The notes under the pieces were generated by a model. It did no database searches and was not told the DNA's origin. It was given only the letters and a program-made list of their open reading frames with translations. Below, piece by piece: positions 34,242 to 44,743 of a DNA stretch of 53,647 nucleotides (its first letter is position 1; each line of letters begins with the position of its first letter). The position numbers and the translations under genes were made by a program. The DNA is from Bacillota bacterium (GTDB lineage: Bacteria > Bacillota > DTU030), in the NCBI GenBank assembly GCA_012518435.1, contig JAAYSG010000024.1:1-53647 (forward strand), in the 5' to 3' direction.

Positions 34242-34362
34242 CCCAGCGGAAGGAAAAATAGTGGAAGCTGGTCTGGGTGGTATTTATGGGCTAATGGGAG
34301 GAAATTGCCCACCCGCTGGGGAATCAACAAATAGTGCGTTTTTCGGGGGAGGGCTTGGCGGT

Positions 34363-36585
34363 ATGCCGGATGATTACAAGGAACTTGGGCGGGAAGAGGT
34401 TTCGGGAGAGGTACAAAGAATATACTTTCGCAATGAAGCTACCCTTTACACGATAGCCGGTGTGGATGCAAAGGAGGGCCGTCTAACGGTGCTGGGTTAC
34501 TTTCCCCAGCTGCTACCGGGACAGCGCTACAGTTTTGTGGGCCGCTGGACGGTGCACCCCAAGTATGGTGAACAGTTCCGGGCTCAGAGCTGTCAAGAGA
34601 TTCTTCCCACCACCAAGGAAGGGATAAGGGCCTACTTGGGCGGTGGCCTCATCCCCGGTGTGGGGGAAAAGCTGGCAGCCCGCCTAGTGGAGCACTTTGG
34701 GGAAGCAACCTTGGACATTATTGGGCAAGAGCCGGAACGCCTGACCGAGGTACCGGGTATAGGGAAAAAGATAGCCGCCAAGATTAGGGCAGCGGTGGAA
34801 GAAAATAGGGAATTGGAAAGGGTAATGGTTTTTTTACAGGGTCATGGTATCACACCAAATTTGTCCCTAAAAATTTATCGCCAGTATGGTGACCAAGCCC
34901 TTGATGTGGTGCGGGAGAACCCCTACAGCCTAACGGAAGATATTTTTGGGGTTGGTTTTGCAACGGCGGATAGAATTGCCCGGCACATGGGTGTGTTTCT
35001 CCACGACCCCTTCCGCCTTCAGGCTGGGCTGAGGCATGTCCTCACCAATGCCTGCTACCAAAAGGGGCATTGCTATCTGCCGGAAAAGGAATTGTTGCTG
35101 GCTGCTGTAAAATTGCTAAATTCCCCCGATATTGAGGAACCCATAGAGGAAGAAGAGGTAATGGCGGCCCTGGACACCCTTTTGGGGGAAGGCGAATTTT
35201 TGCGGGAAGATGGGCGTATTTACCTACCGGCCCTTTTCAACTCGGAAATAGGATTGGCCGGGCGCTTGAGGCAGTTGGCCCAGCGAAAATATGATATTGA
35301 TGAGGCCAAGGTACAGTGGGCCATAGGGGAAGTGGAAAAGGAACTCGATTTCACCCTGGCCCCCCAGCAGATTGAGGTAATTTACCAATCGCTACAAAAT
35401 GGAGTTTTGGTAGTGACCGGGGGGCCGGGTACAGGTAAATCCACCATTGTGGCCGGTATCATCCATGCCCTCCTTTCCCTGGATGGGGAGGCGGAGATAC
35501 TTTTGGCGGCACCCACCGGGCGGGCTGCCAAGCGCCTCAGTGAATTGACAGGGATGGAGGCCAAGACCATCCACCGTCTATTGGGCTTCCGCTGGGAGGA
35601 GGGCCGGGGGGAATTTAGTGTAGGGCTAGCAAACCCCCTTGAGGGCCAGTTGCTGGTTGTGGATGAGTTTTCCATGGTGGATCTTCCCTTGGCCCACCAC
35701 CTTTTCCAGGCGGTTCCAGCCGGGATGCGGGTAGTTTTGGTGGGTGATGTGGATCAACTTCCCAGTGTAGGTCCCGGAAGGGTTCTCCACGATATTATAA
35801 CGGCGGAAACCATTCCCACGGTACGTCTTGGCCATATTTTCCGCCAGGCGGAGGCTTCCCGGATTGTCACCAATGCCCACCGGATTAACCGGGGGCAGAT
35901 GATTGACAGCAGCCGGAACCAGGGGGATTTTCTTTTTTTGCCCCAGGAGGAGCCCGAGGCGGCCTTGGAGGGGATACGGCTTATAATTCGGCGGATTCTC
36001 CAATCCCTCCCCCTTGAGGAAGTGCAGGTTATCTCACCCATGCACAATCATATTTTGGGGGTTGAGAACCTAAACAGGGTTTTGCAGGCCGAACTTAATC
36101 CCCCCGGCCCTACAAAAAGAGAATACCAAGTGGGAAAAACCACCTTCCGCCAGGGGGACAAGGTAATGGCAGTGAAGAATAATTACGACAAGGGGGTTTT
36201 CAACGGTAATTTGGGGCTTATTACAAATATCCTTTTGGCCCGGGAGGTGGAGGAATTAAAGGAGGATACCCTCACAGTGGAATTCGACGGGGAGCTGGTT
36301 TGCTATGGACGTTCGGAATTGGATGAACTTACCTTGGCCTACGCCGTTACTGTCCATAAGTCCCAGGGCTCTGAGTTCGACTTTTGCCTCTTCCCCCTCA
36401 GCACCCAGCATTGGTACATGCTGCAACGAAACCTCTTTTATACTGCCGTGACCAGGGGTAAGAAAATGGTGGTTCTCATTGGCAGTAAAAGGGCCCTGAG
36501 GCGGGCCATACGAAATGACAGTATACAACATCGTTACACCTACCTGGGGGAAAGGCTCAAGGGCCAGGTGGAAGATGGGATTTAA
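34363..36585 (+). CDS. recD2: ATP-dependent RecD-like DNA helicase (RecD2 / RecD-TraA family)
   Basis: Walker A motif VVTGGPGTGKST, plus LLVVDEFSMVD, VLVGDVDQLPSVGPG and YAVTVHKSQGSEF. ATG at 34363 (MPDDYKEL...) follows GGGGGAGGG and the upstream terminator. Confidence 0.9.
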   Translation: MPDDYKELGREEVSGEVQRIYFRNEATLYTIAGVDAKEGRLTVLGYFPQLLPGQRYSFVGRWTVHPKYGEQFRAQSCQEILPTTKEGIRAYLGGGLIPGVGEKLAARLVEHFGEATLDIIGQEPERLTEVPGIGKKIAAKIRAAVEENRELERVMVFLQGHGITPNLSLKIYRQYGDQALDVVRENPYSLTEDIFGVGFATADRIARHMGVFLHDPFRLQAGLRHVLTNACYQKGHCYLPEKELLLAAVKLLNSPDIEEPIEEEEVMAALDTLLGEGEFLREDGRIYLPALFNSEIGLAGRLRQLAQRKYDIDEAKVQWAIGEVEKELDFTLAPQQIEVIYQSLQNGVLVVTGGPGTGKSTIVAGIIHALLSLDGEAEILLAAPTGRAAKRLSELTGMEAKTIHRLLGFRWEEGRGEFSVGLANPLEGQLLVVDEFSMVDLPLAHHLFQAVPAGMRVVLVGDVDQLPSVGPGRVLHDIITAETIPTVRLGHIFRQAEASRIVTNAHRINRGQMIDSSRNQGDFLFLPQEEPEAALEGIRLIIRRILQSLPLEEVQVISPMHNHILGVENLNRVLQAELNPPGPTKREYQVGKTTFRQGDKVMAVKNNYDKGVFNGNLGLITNILLAREVEELKEDTLTVEFDGELVCYGRSELDELTLAYAVTVHKSQGSEFDFCLFPLSTQHWYMLQRNLFYTAVTRGKKMVVLIGSKRALRRAIRNDSIQHRYTYLGERLKGQVEDGI

Positions 36586-36597
36586 CCCCATTTTATG

Positions 36598-37575
36598 TCA
36601 TCCCATAACCTGGGCAAATACCCGGGCAAAGTTTTCCCCCAGGATCTTTTTAATATCTTCATCCGTATAACCCCGGGCTACCAAGCCCCGGCTGATATTA
36701 GGCAATTGGGAGACATCCTCCAGACCGGTGGGAGTAGCGGCGATCCCATCGTAGTCCGAGCCCAAACCGACACAATCTATACCGGCCAGATGGACAATAT
36801 AGTCAATATGATTTAAAACAGCATTGAGGTCCCCCGCCGGTCCTAAAAAATGGGGGGCGAAGTTAATCCCCATTACCCCACCCTGGGCGGATAAGGCCCT
36901 GATCTGGTCATCGCTTAGGTTGCGGGGATGATCATGTACCCCCCGGGCATTGGAATGGGAAGCAATTACCGGCTGGCTAGAGTATTCCAACACATCCCAA
37001 AACCCCGCTGGGGAAAGGTGGGAGACATCCACAACCATTCCCAGGTTGTTCATCTGTGCCACCGTTTCTATACCCATTTTGGTAAGACCACCCCCGGTTC
37101 TGGCCTCACCCACCCCATCGGCCAACTCATTGCGGTGATTCCAGGTCAATCCCAGGGCCCGAACTCCTAGACGATACAGGCAGGGCAATATTTCCGGTGC
37201 CCCCTCTAGGACCTCCCCTCCCTCGATGCTCAGGAGGGCAGCAAGCTTGCCCCGAGCAACGATTTCTTTAATTTCCTTGCTGGTGGTTGCCAATTCCATA
37301 TCATCTCTATTTTTGCTGGCCTCCCCATAAAAGGCACTTAGAAACTCCAGGGTCCGCCGCAGGTAGGGTGCTGAGTCAATGTAAATGGCAAAGATCTGGA
37401 CCTTTACCCCTCCCTCCCGTAGGCGGGGGAGATCCAAGTGGCCCCTGCTCGTCCTTTCTCCAAGGCTGCGCTTTCCCGCTGTGATATCCAAAAGTGTATC
37501 ACAATGACTGTCCCAAACTAGAGCTTCCTTGTGGAGCCGAGTGGCCCGTTCCTCTTCAATGGCTGAAAGCTTCAT
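36598..37575 (-). CDS. Membrane dipeptidase (peptidase M19 family)
   Basis: VWDSHCDTL..., ALGLTWNHRNELADG, VVDVSHLS and SHSNARGV...HPRNLSD are M19 hallmarks. It converges on recD2 with a 12-nt gap. Confidence 0.9.
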   Translation of the reverse strand: MKLSAIEEERATRLHKEALVWDSHCDTLLDITAGKRSLGERTSRGHLDLPRLREGGVKVQIFAIYIDSAPYLRRTLEFLSAFYGEASKNRDDMELATTSKEIKEIVARGKLAALLSIEGGEVLEGAPEILPCLYRLGVRALGLTWNHRNELADGVGEARTGGGLTKMGIETVAQMNNLGMVVDVSHLSPAGFWDVLEYSSQPVIASHSNARGVHDHPRNLSDDQIRALSAQGGVMGINFAPHFLGPAGDLNAVLNHIDYIVHLAGIDCVGLGSDYDGIAATPTGLEDVSQLPNISRGLVARGYTDEDIKKILGENFARVFAQVMG

Positions 37576-38033
37576 TTTTATACCCCCAGTTTATTAACCA
37601 ATATATCATCCAATTAGACCATTTTCTCTCAAAAGGCCCTCCATATTATTATTTTTTGTATCTTGTATGGGAATTGATTGTTATTAAAAAGGAATTTATA
37701 TTATTGGTGGAGAATAAGAAAGGAAACAACTTAAGGGAGTGAAGAAGTTTGCACTGATACCCTTATATTTATATTCTTCAAAGGCCATCATTTACCTGGG
37801 AAGAATGTTTAATATTTTACATTTCCTTCCCAATACATTTCAATGCCCGTCTTTGCGCCCTGGGAACCTTTACCGATAAGTTGGGTTATATCGGTAGTGG
37901 TTCTTTGGCGTTTAAGAAGGCGGCAAGGATCTAGCACTGGCGGCCCGGTATAGTGGGGAGGGCCATCGGGCTAGAGGTTATTTAAACCCATTAATATTAT
38001 TATTACCATGTGGGAAAAAAGGGGGAGCACTTT

Positions 38034-38786
38034 TTGGTAATTATCAAAACTGTGGGAAAGTCAATTGACATTCTAGATTGTTTCTCTTTGGAGAACCCTG
38101 AATTGGGGGTTGGGGAAATAAGTGAATTAACAGGGTATACTGCAAGTTCAGTTTCAAGAATTTTAGCTACACTGCGGGCCAAGGGCTGTGTAGAAAAATC
38201 CCCTGATACGGGTCGGTATCAATTGGGAAGCAAAATACTTGGTTGGAGTCAGATCATTTACAAACAACTGGAAGTAAAGCAAGTGGCTCTGGAAATTATG
38301 CAGGAATTGCGGGATCAATGCGGGGAAGAAGTAGCACTGTATATAATGCGGGGTGACGACCGTTATTGTATTGAACGGGTAGAAAGTAAATTCGGTGTTG
38401 CCAAAACAAGTGCAACGGGGGTTGCCTTGCCTTTGCACTGCGGTGCGGCAGGCAAGGTATTGTTGGCCTACCTTCCCAAAAGTACCCGTGATGAACTTTT
38501 AAAGAAACCGTTGGAAAGTTACACCCCATTTACAATTACCGATAGGGAGGCATTGGAAAAGGATATAGAGGACATTAAAAGGGATGGCTGTGCTTACAGC
38601 CTAAGTGAAAGGGAAATAGGCGCATATTCCATAGTAGCCCCTGTTTTCAACGCACATGGGCAAGTTGTGGCTAGTTTGGCAATATCCGGACCCCAGTTCC
38701 GCCTATCCCAGGAACAAAAGGAGGTATACCTCCAATTGGTAAAGAAGGCGGCACTAAAAATATCCCACAAAATGGGTTATGGTTAA
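38034..38786 (+). CDS. IclR-family transcriptional regulator
   Basis: N-terminal wHTH (KSIDILDCFS...LGVGEISELTGYTASSVSRILATL) plus a C-terminal IclR effector domain. TTG at 38034 lies 6 nt after GGGGGAG; the GTG at 38010 is an alternative. Confidence 0.8.
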   Translation: MVIIKTVGKSIDILDCFSLENPELGVGEISELTGYTASSVSRILATLRAKGCVEKSPDTGRYQLGSKILGWSQIIYKQLEVKQVALEIMQELRDQCGEEVALYIMRGDDRYCIERVESKFGVAKTSATGVALPLHCGAAGKVLLAYLPKSTRDELLKKPLESYTPFTITDREALEKDIEDIKRDGCAYSLSEREIGAYSIVAPVFNAHGQVVASLAISGPQFRLSQEQKEVYLQLVKKAALKISHKMGYG

Positions 38787-39082
38787 AATAGGGCCCAAGC
38801 TAATTCTCCCTTTGCCTGAATTGGGGAAATATTAATCGCAATTGGGGGTGCAATATTTGCAAAGCGGACTGGTGCCAGTGTTTAGATAAAGGACATGGGG
38901 CCCCACATTGGCCCTGGCCACTTGCCCACCATTGGCTCCAATAGCAATGGAGCTCCTCAGGAATGCATCGGAAAAATTAACAATAGTTACACATCACATT
39001 TAAGCACGACATTTACATAGAGCCGGCGGCTGTCCCGGTAACACTTCCATCCACACATACCACATTCCAAAGGCGTATAATG

Positions 39083-39125
39083 CCCCAAATCCCGATAAAC
39101 GTGGGATTTGGGCTTTATTATTTTC
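39083..39125 (+). terminator. Orphan terminator-like hairpin in gene-free DNA
   Basis: A perfect 10-bp stem (CCCAAATCCC / GGGATTTGGG) is followed by CTTTATTATTTT. A TATAAT hexamer lies immediately upstream (39075-39080). No ORF is attached. Confidence 0.45.
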
Positions 39126-39613
39126 CCAATAACTCTGTAATAGCCACCCCGCCTTGAATAATAATTTGCCTTTCCGGTAGCTTATAACCCGTAAGTTGCT
39201 GGAGGACCAGACCGGAGGTTGTGTGGGGAAATAGGGTAAAATTAAATTGGAAACAAGGCAACTGAGGCAGGAACTTGGCTAGACTTGAAGAAGGTATATT
39301 ATGAAATACGACATATTATTGCGTTATATGAAATTGGATGATTATGACCCCGCAAAAATATATTTACAATCTATTGCAGGCCAATCCAACACTCTCCAAA
39401 ACCATCCCCCGGGATCGCCTATGATGATGTATTAGGCCCATTAAGGCAATAGGTATTGTGCAAATGCCCCGAATGCGGCAACTCAGTTTATCTAGTGTGG
39501 CTTGGCGCCACATGGTTTGTATTTTTATTGGGGTCTTGGCCACGGCAGGATGGGTCTACTTTAAAATTTGCTTTTTGCATTGTAAAAAGCCTGAGTGGAG
39601 GTGATGAACGGTT

Positions 39614-40888
39614 ATGGAAAGGATAAAAATCCCCTATCACAATGGTTTTCAGGAAGTGGAGATCCCAAGAAAGAATATAGCCGCTTTCCTCAAACCCAAG
39701 GCGGGTGATTGTTTACCCCAATTGACGGAAAGTGATATTGTGGCAAGGGCCCTGGATAATCCGGTGGGGAGCGAAGGGTTGGAAAAATTGGTAGTGGGAA
39801 AAGAAAACATGGTAATTATAACAAGCGATCACACTAGGCCTATGCCCAGCAAAGTAACCATGCCCATACTTTTGGGAAGGATCAGACGGGCAAACCCGGA
39901 TATTGCCATTACTATACTAGTTGCCACTGGCTACCACAGATCGCCCACAAGGGAAGAAATAACCACCAGGTTTGGTAGCGATATTGTGGAGAATGAAAAA
40001 ATAGTAATTCACGACTGTAAGGATTCGGATTCCATGGTGCATGTGGGGGTGCTGCCCTCGGGGGGAGATTTGCTTCTGAACAAGGTGGCCCTTGATACGG
40101 AACTATTGATAGCGGAGGGATTTATTGAGCCCCACTTCTTTGCCGGCTTTTCCGGAGGAAGAAAGAGCGTCTTACCGGGCATAGCCTCGGAAGAAACAGT
40201 AATGGCTAATCATTGTGCGGAATTTATAGCCAATGAAAATGCCCGAACGGGAGTACTGGATAATAATCCAATCCATAGGGATATGCTTTATGCTGCACAA
40301 CGGGCCGGCCTATCCTTTATCTTAAATGTAGTTCTGGATGGCAAGAAAAGGATCATCAATGCCTTTGCCGGGGATAGCGAAAGGGCCCACGCGAAGGGAT
40401 GCAATTATGTCATGGAATTGTCGCAGGTAAATCCAGTGAAGGCGGATATAGTTATATCATCCAACGGGGGCTATCCCTTAGATCAAAATGTTTATCAGGC
40501 GGTAAAAGGCATAACATCCGCTGAGGCCACATGTAAGAAGGATGGCGTTATAATAATGGTTGCAGGTTGTTGTGATGGTCATGGGGGGCAATCCTTTTAT
40601 GACAATTTAAAAAAAGCACAATCCCCCCAGGTATTACTTGATGAGATCAGAAAAGTGCCCAGCAAAGAAACCCAGCCGGATCAATGGCAGTTTCAAATCT
40701 TGGCAAGGGTTTTAAAAAAGCACCCTGTAATTTTTGTTACTGATATGTGTGATCCCCAATTGATTAGGGACATGAAAATGGATCATGCCCATACCTTGGA
40801 GGAGGCAGTACAAAAGGCATTCAGAATAAAAGGGAAGGAAGCAAAGATTACAGTTATACCCGATGGCGTTGCGGTGATAGTAAACTAA
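39614..40888 (+). CDS. larA: LarA-family nickel-pincer-dependent 2-hydroxyacid racemase/epimerase (DUF2088)
   Basis: ITSDHTRP and GFIEPHFFAGFSGGRKSVLPG, the latter with the Lys/His that tether the cofactor in LarA. The length is typical at ~424 aa. GGAGGTGA SD. Confidence 0.8.
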   Translation: MERIKIPYHNGFQEVEIPRKNIAAFLKPKAGDCLPQLTESDIVARALDNPVGSEGLEKLVVGKENMVIITSDHTRPMPSKVTMPILLGRIRRANPDIAITILVATGYHRSPTREEITTRFGSDIVENEKIVIHDCKDSDSMVHVGVLPSGGDLLLNKVALDTELLIAEGFIEPHFFAGFSGGRKSVLPGIASEETVMANHCAEFIANENARTGVLDNNPIHRDMLYAAQRAGLSFILNVVLDGKKRIINAFAGDSERAHAKGCNYVMELSQVNPVKADIVISSNGGYPLDQNVYQAVKGITSAEATCKKDGVIIMVAGCCDGHGGQSFYDNLKKAQSPQVLLDEIRKVPSKETQPDQWQFQILARVLKKHPVIFVTDMCDPQLIRDMKMDHAHTLEEAVQKAFRIKGKEAKITVIPDGVAVIVN

Positions 40889-41140
40889 ATCGCAATGGCG
40901 CTCTTTTAACTGGCGCCTAAGGCGCCCACCCACTGGAAAGGGCATTGCCGCCTGGCCCAGGTAGGTGCTGTGGGTTTTATTTTTACCTTTGCCGGTGGGT
41001 CTTTGTGTCTTTGGCTGGGTCTAGGGGATACAAAAACTTTGGCAATGAATTAATTCTTCTATTTACAGCTAAAGATGTAAAAAGGTAAGATAATGGTTTA
41101 AAATTACACAATAACTTCGTCCCTGAGGAGGATGATGTAG

Positions 41141-42463
41141 ATGCAGGGCCGTGATAGCTTCAAGTCTACCATAGAAAAAATCCCCATTGTTGATACCCAT
41201 GAACACGTTGTCTCCCTGGCGGAGGTCCGTAGCAGGCCATTAAATGTGTTTTCAGTTTTTGCCAACTCCTATGCCCGTCTCGATTTTATTTCGGCCGGTA
41301 TGCCTGCCCAGGCCTGGGAAGGTGTGGATGAACCAGACTACATCTGGCCCATATTTAGGGAATACCAACCCTTTGTTCGCCACACAAGTTTCTATAGGAA
41401 TATGATCAAGGCCCTACAGGATTTATTTGGTCTTGAAGAGGATGAAATTACGGAAAAGAACCAGCGGGAATTGTCCTACAGCATCACAAAGGCATACAAG
41501 CGGCAAGATTGGTACGATTATGTCTTACGGGAAAGGGCAAAGATGGCCGTGGGTTTACTTGATACATTTTGGAGTGTGGAGAAGTTTACCTTCGACCCGG
41601 CGCTTTTTAAACCGGTTCTGCGCTGTAATCCCTTTATTTGGGGTCCTGCCTACGAATTACCCTATGTAAGTGGAAAAACTAACCATACGAAGGTTGAAAT
41701 AGTGGCAAAGGAATTTGGTCTGGCAATCAATTCCTTGGAAGACTATCTAAAACTAATAAGTTCTGTAATTAAACGCTACAAGGAGGCCGGCGCACCCAAT
41801 ATTAAAATATGTACGGCCTATCAACGGACCTTAAAATTTCATCCGGTTTCAAGGAAACGGGCCCTGCAATTATACAACCGGGTGGGGGATCTAACACCCG
41901 AAGAAAGGCTGGAACTGCAGGATTTTATTGCCCACTATATTATTGAGGCTGCCATTGCAGAAGACCTACCCATTCAGATTCATACAGGCATTCTGGCCCG
42001 TAATAGGGCCACCCTGTCGGATAGCAGTCCGGAACATTTAAATAGCCTCTTTCTTCGCTATCCGGAAGCCCGTTTTGTAATCCTGCATTTTGGCTTTCCC
42101 TATACCCAGCAGGCCATTTCTTTAGCCAAGATGTTTCCCAACGTTTATATAGATCTGGTTTGGCTGCCGCTCTTGTCTCCGGTTGCAGCCAAGGAAACCC
42201 TAAATGTTTGCCTTGATCTTGTGCCAACTAATAAGATTATGTGTGGCGGGGATGCATATCGGGCCGAAGAGGCTTATGCCTCCCTTTCGCTGCTCCGAGA
42301 TACAGTGGCGGATGTTTTATATGAGCGTGTGGAAAGGGGAATATTAAATAGCGGGGAAGCCTTGCAAATAGCGCAAAGAATTTTCTTTGAGAACGCTATT
42401 AAATTCTTCTCCCTACCCCTTGAAGGTGGATGTGCAGACATGCTTCGGGATTATAAGGTGTAG
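41141..42463 (+). CDS. Metal-dependent TIM-barrel amidohydrolase-superfamily protein (amidohydrolase-2 / uronate-isomerase-like)
   Basis: N-terminal IPIVDTHEHV metal motif, internal IQIHTG, and C-terminal GGDAYR. GAGGAGGA SD. Substrate unknown. Confidence 0.65.
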   Translation: MQGRDSFKSTIEKIPIVDTHEHVVSLAEVRSRPLNVFSVFANSYARLDFISAGMPAQAWEGVDEPDYIWPIFREYQPFVRHTSFYRNMIKALQDLFGLEEDEITEKNQRELSYSITKAYKRQDWYDYVLRERAKMAVGLLDTFWSVEKFTFDPALFKPVLRCNPFIWGPAYELPYVSGKTNHTKVEIVAKEFGLAINSLEDYLKLISSVIKRYKEAGAPNIKICTAYQRTLKFHPVSRKRALQLYNRVGDLTPEERLELQDFIAHYIIEAAIAEDLPIQIHTGILARNRATLSDSSPEHLNSLFLRYPEARFVILHFGFPYTQQAISLAKMFPNVYIDLVWLPLLSPVAAKETLNVCLDLVPTNKIMCGGDAYRAEEAYASLSLLRDTVADVLYERVERGILNSGEALQIAQRIFFENAIKFFSLPLEGGCADMLRDYKV

Positions 42464-42558
42464 TTTATTGTATAGGGGTACAGGCAAAGTCTTGGGGTCT
42501 AGCTGTGGTAGACTTTACCATTGCCCAGTTCCATAACTTGTTTTATTATAACTGTAGT

Positions 42559-42628
42559 GGGGCACCCTCCCTTGGTAATTATTACTTTTACATAATAATT
42601 CCACAGGGAAAGGGGTGCCCCCTTTTTA
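42559..42628 (+). terminator. Long imperfect hairpin terminator
   Basis: An outer 9-bp stem (GGGGCACCC / GGGTGCCCC) encloses further pairing (TCCCT.../...AGGGA and GGTAATTATTA/TAATAATTCC). CTTTTTAT follows. Confidence 0.6.
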
Positions 42629-43456
42629 TGGAATTATTTGTTAAGCAATTGCCACCATGGCTTTGGGGTTAATGGATGGACACTACTCCCATTAAGATAG
42701 GGCTGAAGATTCTTTAAAAAGTTACTTTTAGCATTGGGGATAAATAAATTAAACCTGAGAAGGAGTTTGAAATTAATTGTCGAATATACATTACGTAAAC
42801 ACATAATGAAAAACTAATTGCGCTATGTGCATTAACATTAAAGATGATTGCAGATAAAATGTATGGCATATTTATGAAATGGGGACGAGGCAAAATGTAA
42901 TTAGGCTCATTAGGTGTCGCAAACTTACATCACATTGTTGATATTAAAATCCCCAAAGAACAACCTTGCCAGGCCATGCTCCATGGGCAATTTTCTTTAT
43001 ACATCGCAGTTTTTTGAGGAATTTGACCAAATAAGTAGCATATATCATTATATCCCCCATAAAGTGGTACATTGGGATATTAAGGAATAATATCGCCATT
43101 GGGCCCATGGAAGAAAACATTGCTTTGTATTATAAGACCACCCTTGTCGGCAAACAATTGTTGTATACCATGTTACTTTGGCCAAAGGTTTATATTTTTT
43201 TGCCATATTGCTTTTAACCGTTGCCCGTATCCCTTTGCTGGGGGTTCGCTGGCAGGGGAAGACCTCCTACAAATGGCTAACAATTGCACATATTGCAATG
43301 ACCCGTAGCCCATTGTGCTAATCACTTTGCACCAAGATGGGTTCAAAATGAAACATAGGGCCTGGAGAGAATTAAACTGTTTACATTTTGGGGGGTTCAT
43401 ACCTGGGGGGGCGGCACATTGGCTAAGATAGCAAAACACATTAGGGAGGGATGCAT

Positions 43457-44530
43457 ATGGTGGTAAGTAATCTGTTACCAATAATTGAAGCAGTGGGCAC
43501 ACCTTATGAAATTGGCTACACCCATGGTTCCGCCGCAAAAAAACAGATTGAGAATTGTATCGACACCTACAGTGCAATGTTTAAAGATTATGCGGGCATG
43601 GACTGGGAGACAGCAACACAAATTGTCTCCAGATATGAAGAGGCTGTTAGGGAATATGATGAGGAATCTTGGGAGGAAATTGAGGGTATAGCTGCAGGTG
43701 CTGGCCTCAAACCTTGGGATATTCTTGCCCTCAATGCCAGGAGCGAGATTGTACTCACCGGTCAGTTTATAGAGGGTTGCACCTCGTTGGCATTAACCCC
43801 GGAAGCAACTTGTAATGGCAATACACTCCTGGCCCAGAACTGGGACTGGAAGGCATCGCAGCGGGATGCCCTCATTTTGCTAAAGATGCGGCAAAAGAAC
43901 AAACCATCCATCGCAATGGTAACGGAAGCCGGTGTTATTGGCAAAATCGGGTTGAATTCCGCTGGTTTAGGTGTCTGCCTTAATGCCCTGGCTACTGAGG
44001 AACCCCCGGAGGGGGTGCCACTTCACATTATACTAAGGGGAATATTAAATTCAGAAATTATAAGTGATGCCATAGAAGCCGTTGGCAGGACTAAGATCGC
44101 CTGCGCAGCAAACTTTCTCATAGCCCATGCCAATGGCGAAGCAGTTGATATTGAGGCTGCCCCCACCGATTTTGATGTGATGTACCCGGAAGATGGCATT
44201 ATTGTCCATTCCAATCATTTTATTAGTCCCAGGCTTACTAACCAAAAGGATTATGGCAAGAGAATTATTCCCGATTCATTCATCAGGCTGGGTAGGATGA
44301 CTAAGAATATAAAAAGGAAAAAGATCCTAGGTATTAAGGATATACAGGAACTATTGCAGGATCATGTTGAATACCCCGATTCAATTTGCCGGCATGAGGA
44401 TCTTTCGGAAGAACCCGGTCAAAGGAAAGCAACTGTGTTCTCCATAATCATGGATCTGGAACGGCGGGAACTACACATTGCACCGGGTGCACCCTGTAAT
44501 ACGGCTTTTCAATTGCATACAATGTTCTAA
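43457..44530 (+). CDS. Peptidase C45 family (acyl-CoA:6-APA acyltransferase-like Ntn hydrolase)
   Basis: A pro-region is followed by FIEGCTSLAL (candidate Ntn nucleophile Cys) and LLAQNWDW. ATG at 43457 lies 6 nt after GGGAGGG; the track ATG at 43451 abuts the SD. Confidence 0.7.
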   Translation: MVVSNLLPIIEAVGTPYEIGYTHGSAAKKQIENCIDTYSAMFKDYAGMDWETATQIVSRYEEAVREYDEESWEEIEGIAAGAGLKPWDILALNARSEIVLTGQFIEGCTSLALTPEATCNGNTLLAQNWDWKASQRDALILLKMRQKNKPSIAMVTEAGVIGKIGLNSAGLGVCLNALATEEPPEGVPLHIILRGILNSEIISDAIEAVGRTKIACAANFLIAHANGEAVDIEAAPTDFDVMYPEDGIIVHSNHFISPRLTNQKDYGKRIIPDSFIRLGRMTKNIKRKKILGIKDIQELLQDHVEYPDSICRHEDLSEEPGQRKATVFSIIMDLERRELHIAPGAPCNTAFQLHTMF

Positions 44531-44743
44531 TTGCCGGCATGTTGAGTGTTTACCATTGGAAAATTGCTGAAATACCGTTGGGTAGGGCGGTCTTCTGGTC
44601 CCGTCGCCCGCCCCGGGGTATATGACAAATATAAATGGGGGGTGATATAAGGCGAAGCAGACAATATTCGGGAGGACGGATGAAGGAACAATGTGAAACA
44701 TGTAACTAATCTAGTAAGTAAATTGAAATGGGGGTAAGGTTAA

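Noticed and set aside
39301-39435. A 44-aa ORF (MKYDILLRYMKLDDYDPAKIY...) in the gene-free left flank of larA.
   Set aside because: It has no convincing SD and no terminator, and it lies in AT-rich decayed-looking DNA. It cannot be distinguished from chance.
43100-43330. A possible decayed IS200/IS605 TnpA (Y1 transposase) remnant on the minus strand (...SLQYVQLLAICRRSSPASEPPAKGYGQRLKAIWQKNINLWPK).
   Set aside because: The resemblance to the HuH...LKGxSxRxL...LW pattern is weak. The HuH histidines would both be Gln, and the frame is broken. No terminal hairpins or tnpB are present. I cannot support the call without a database search.
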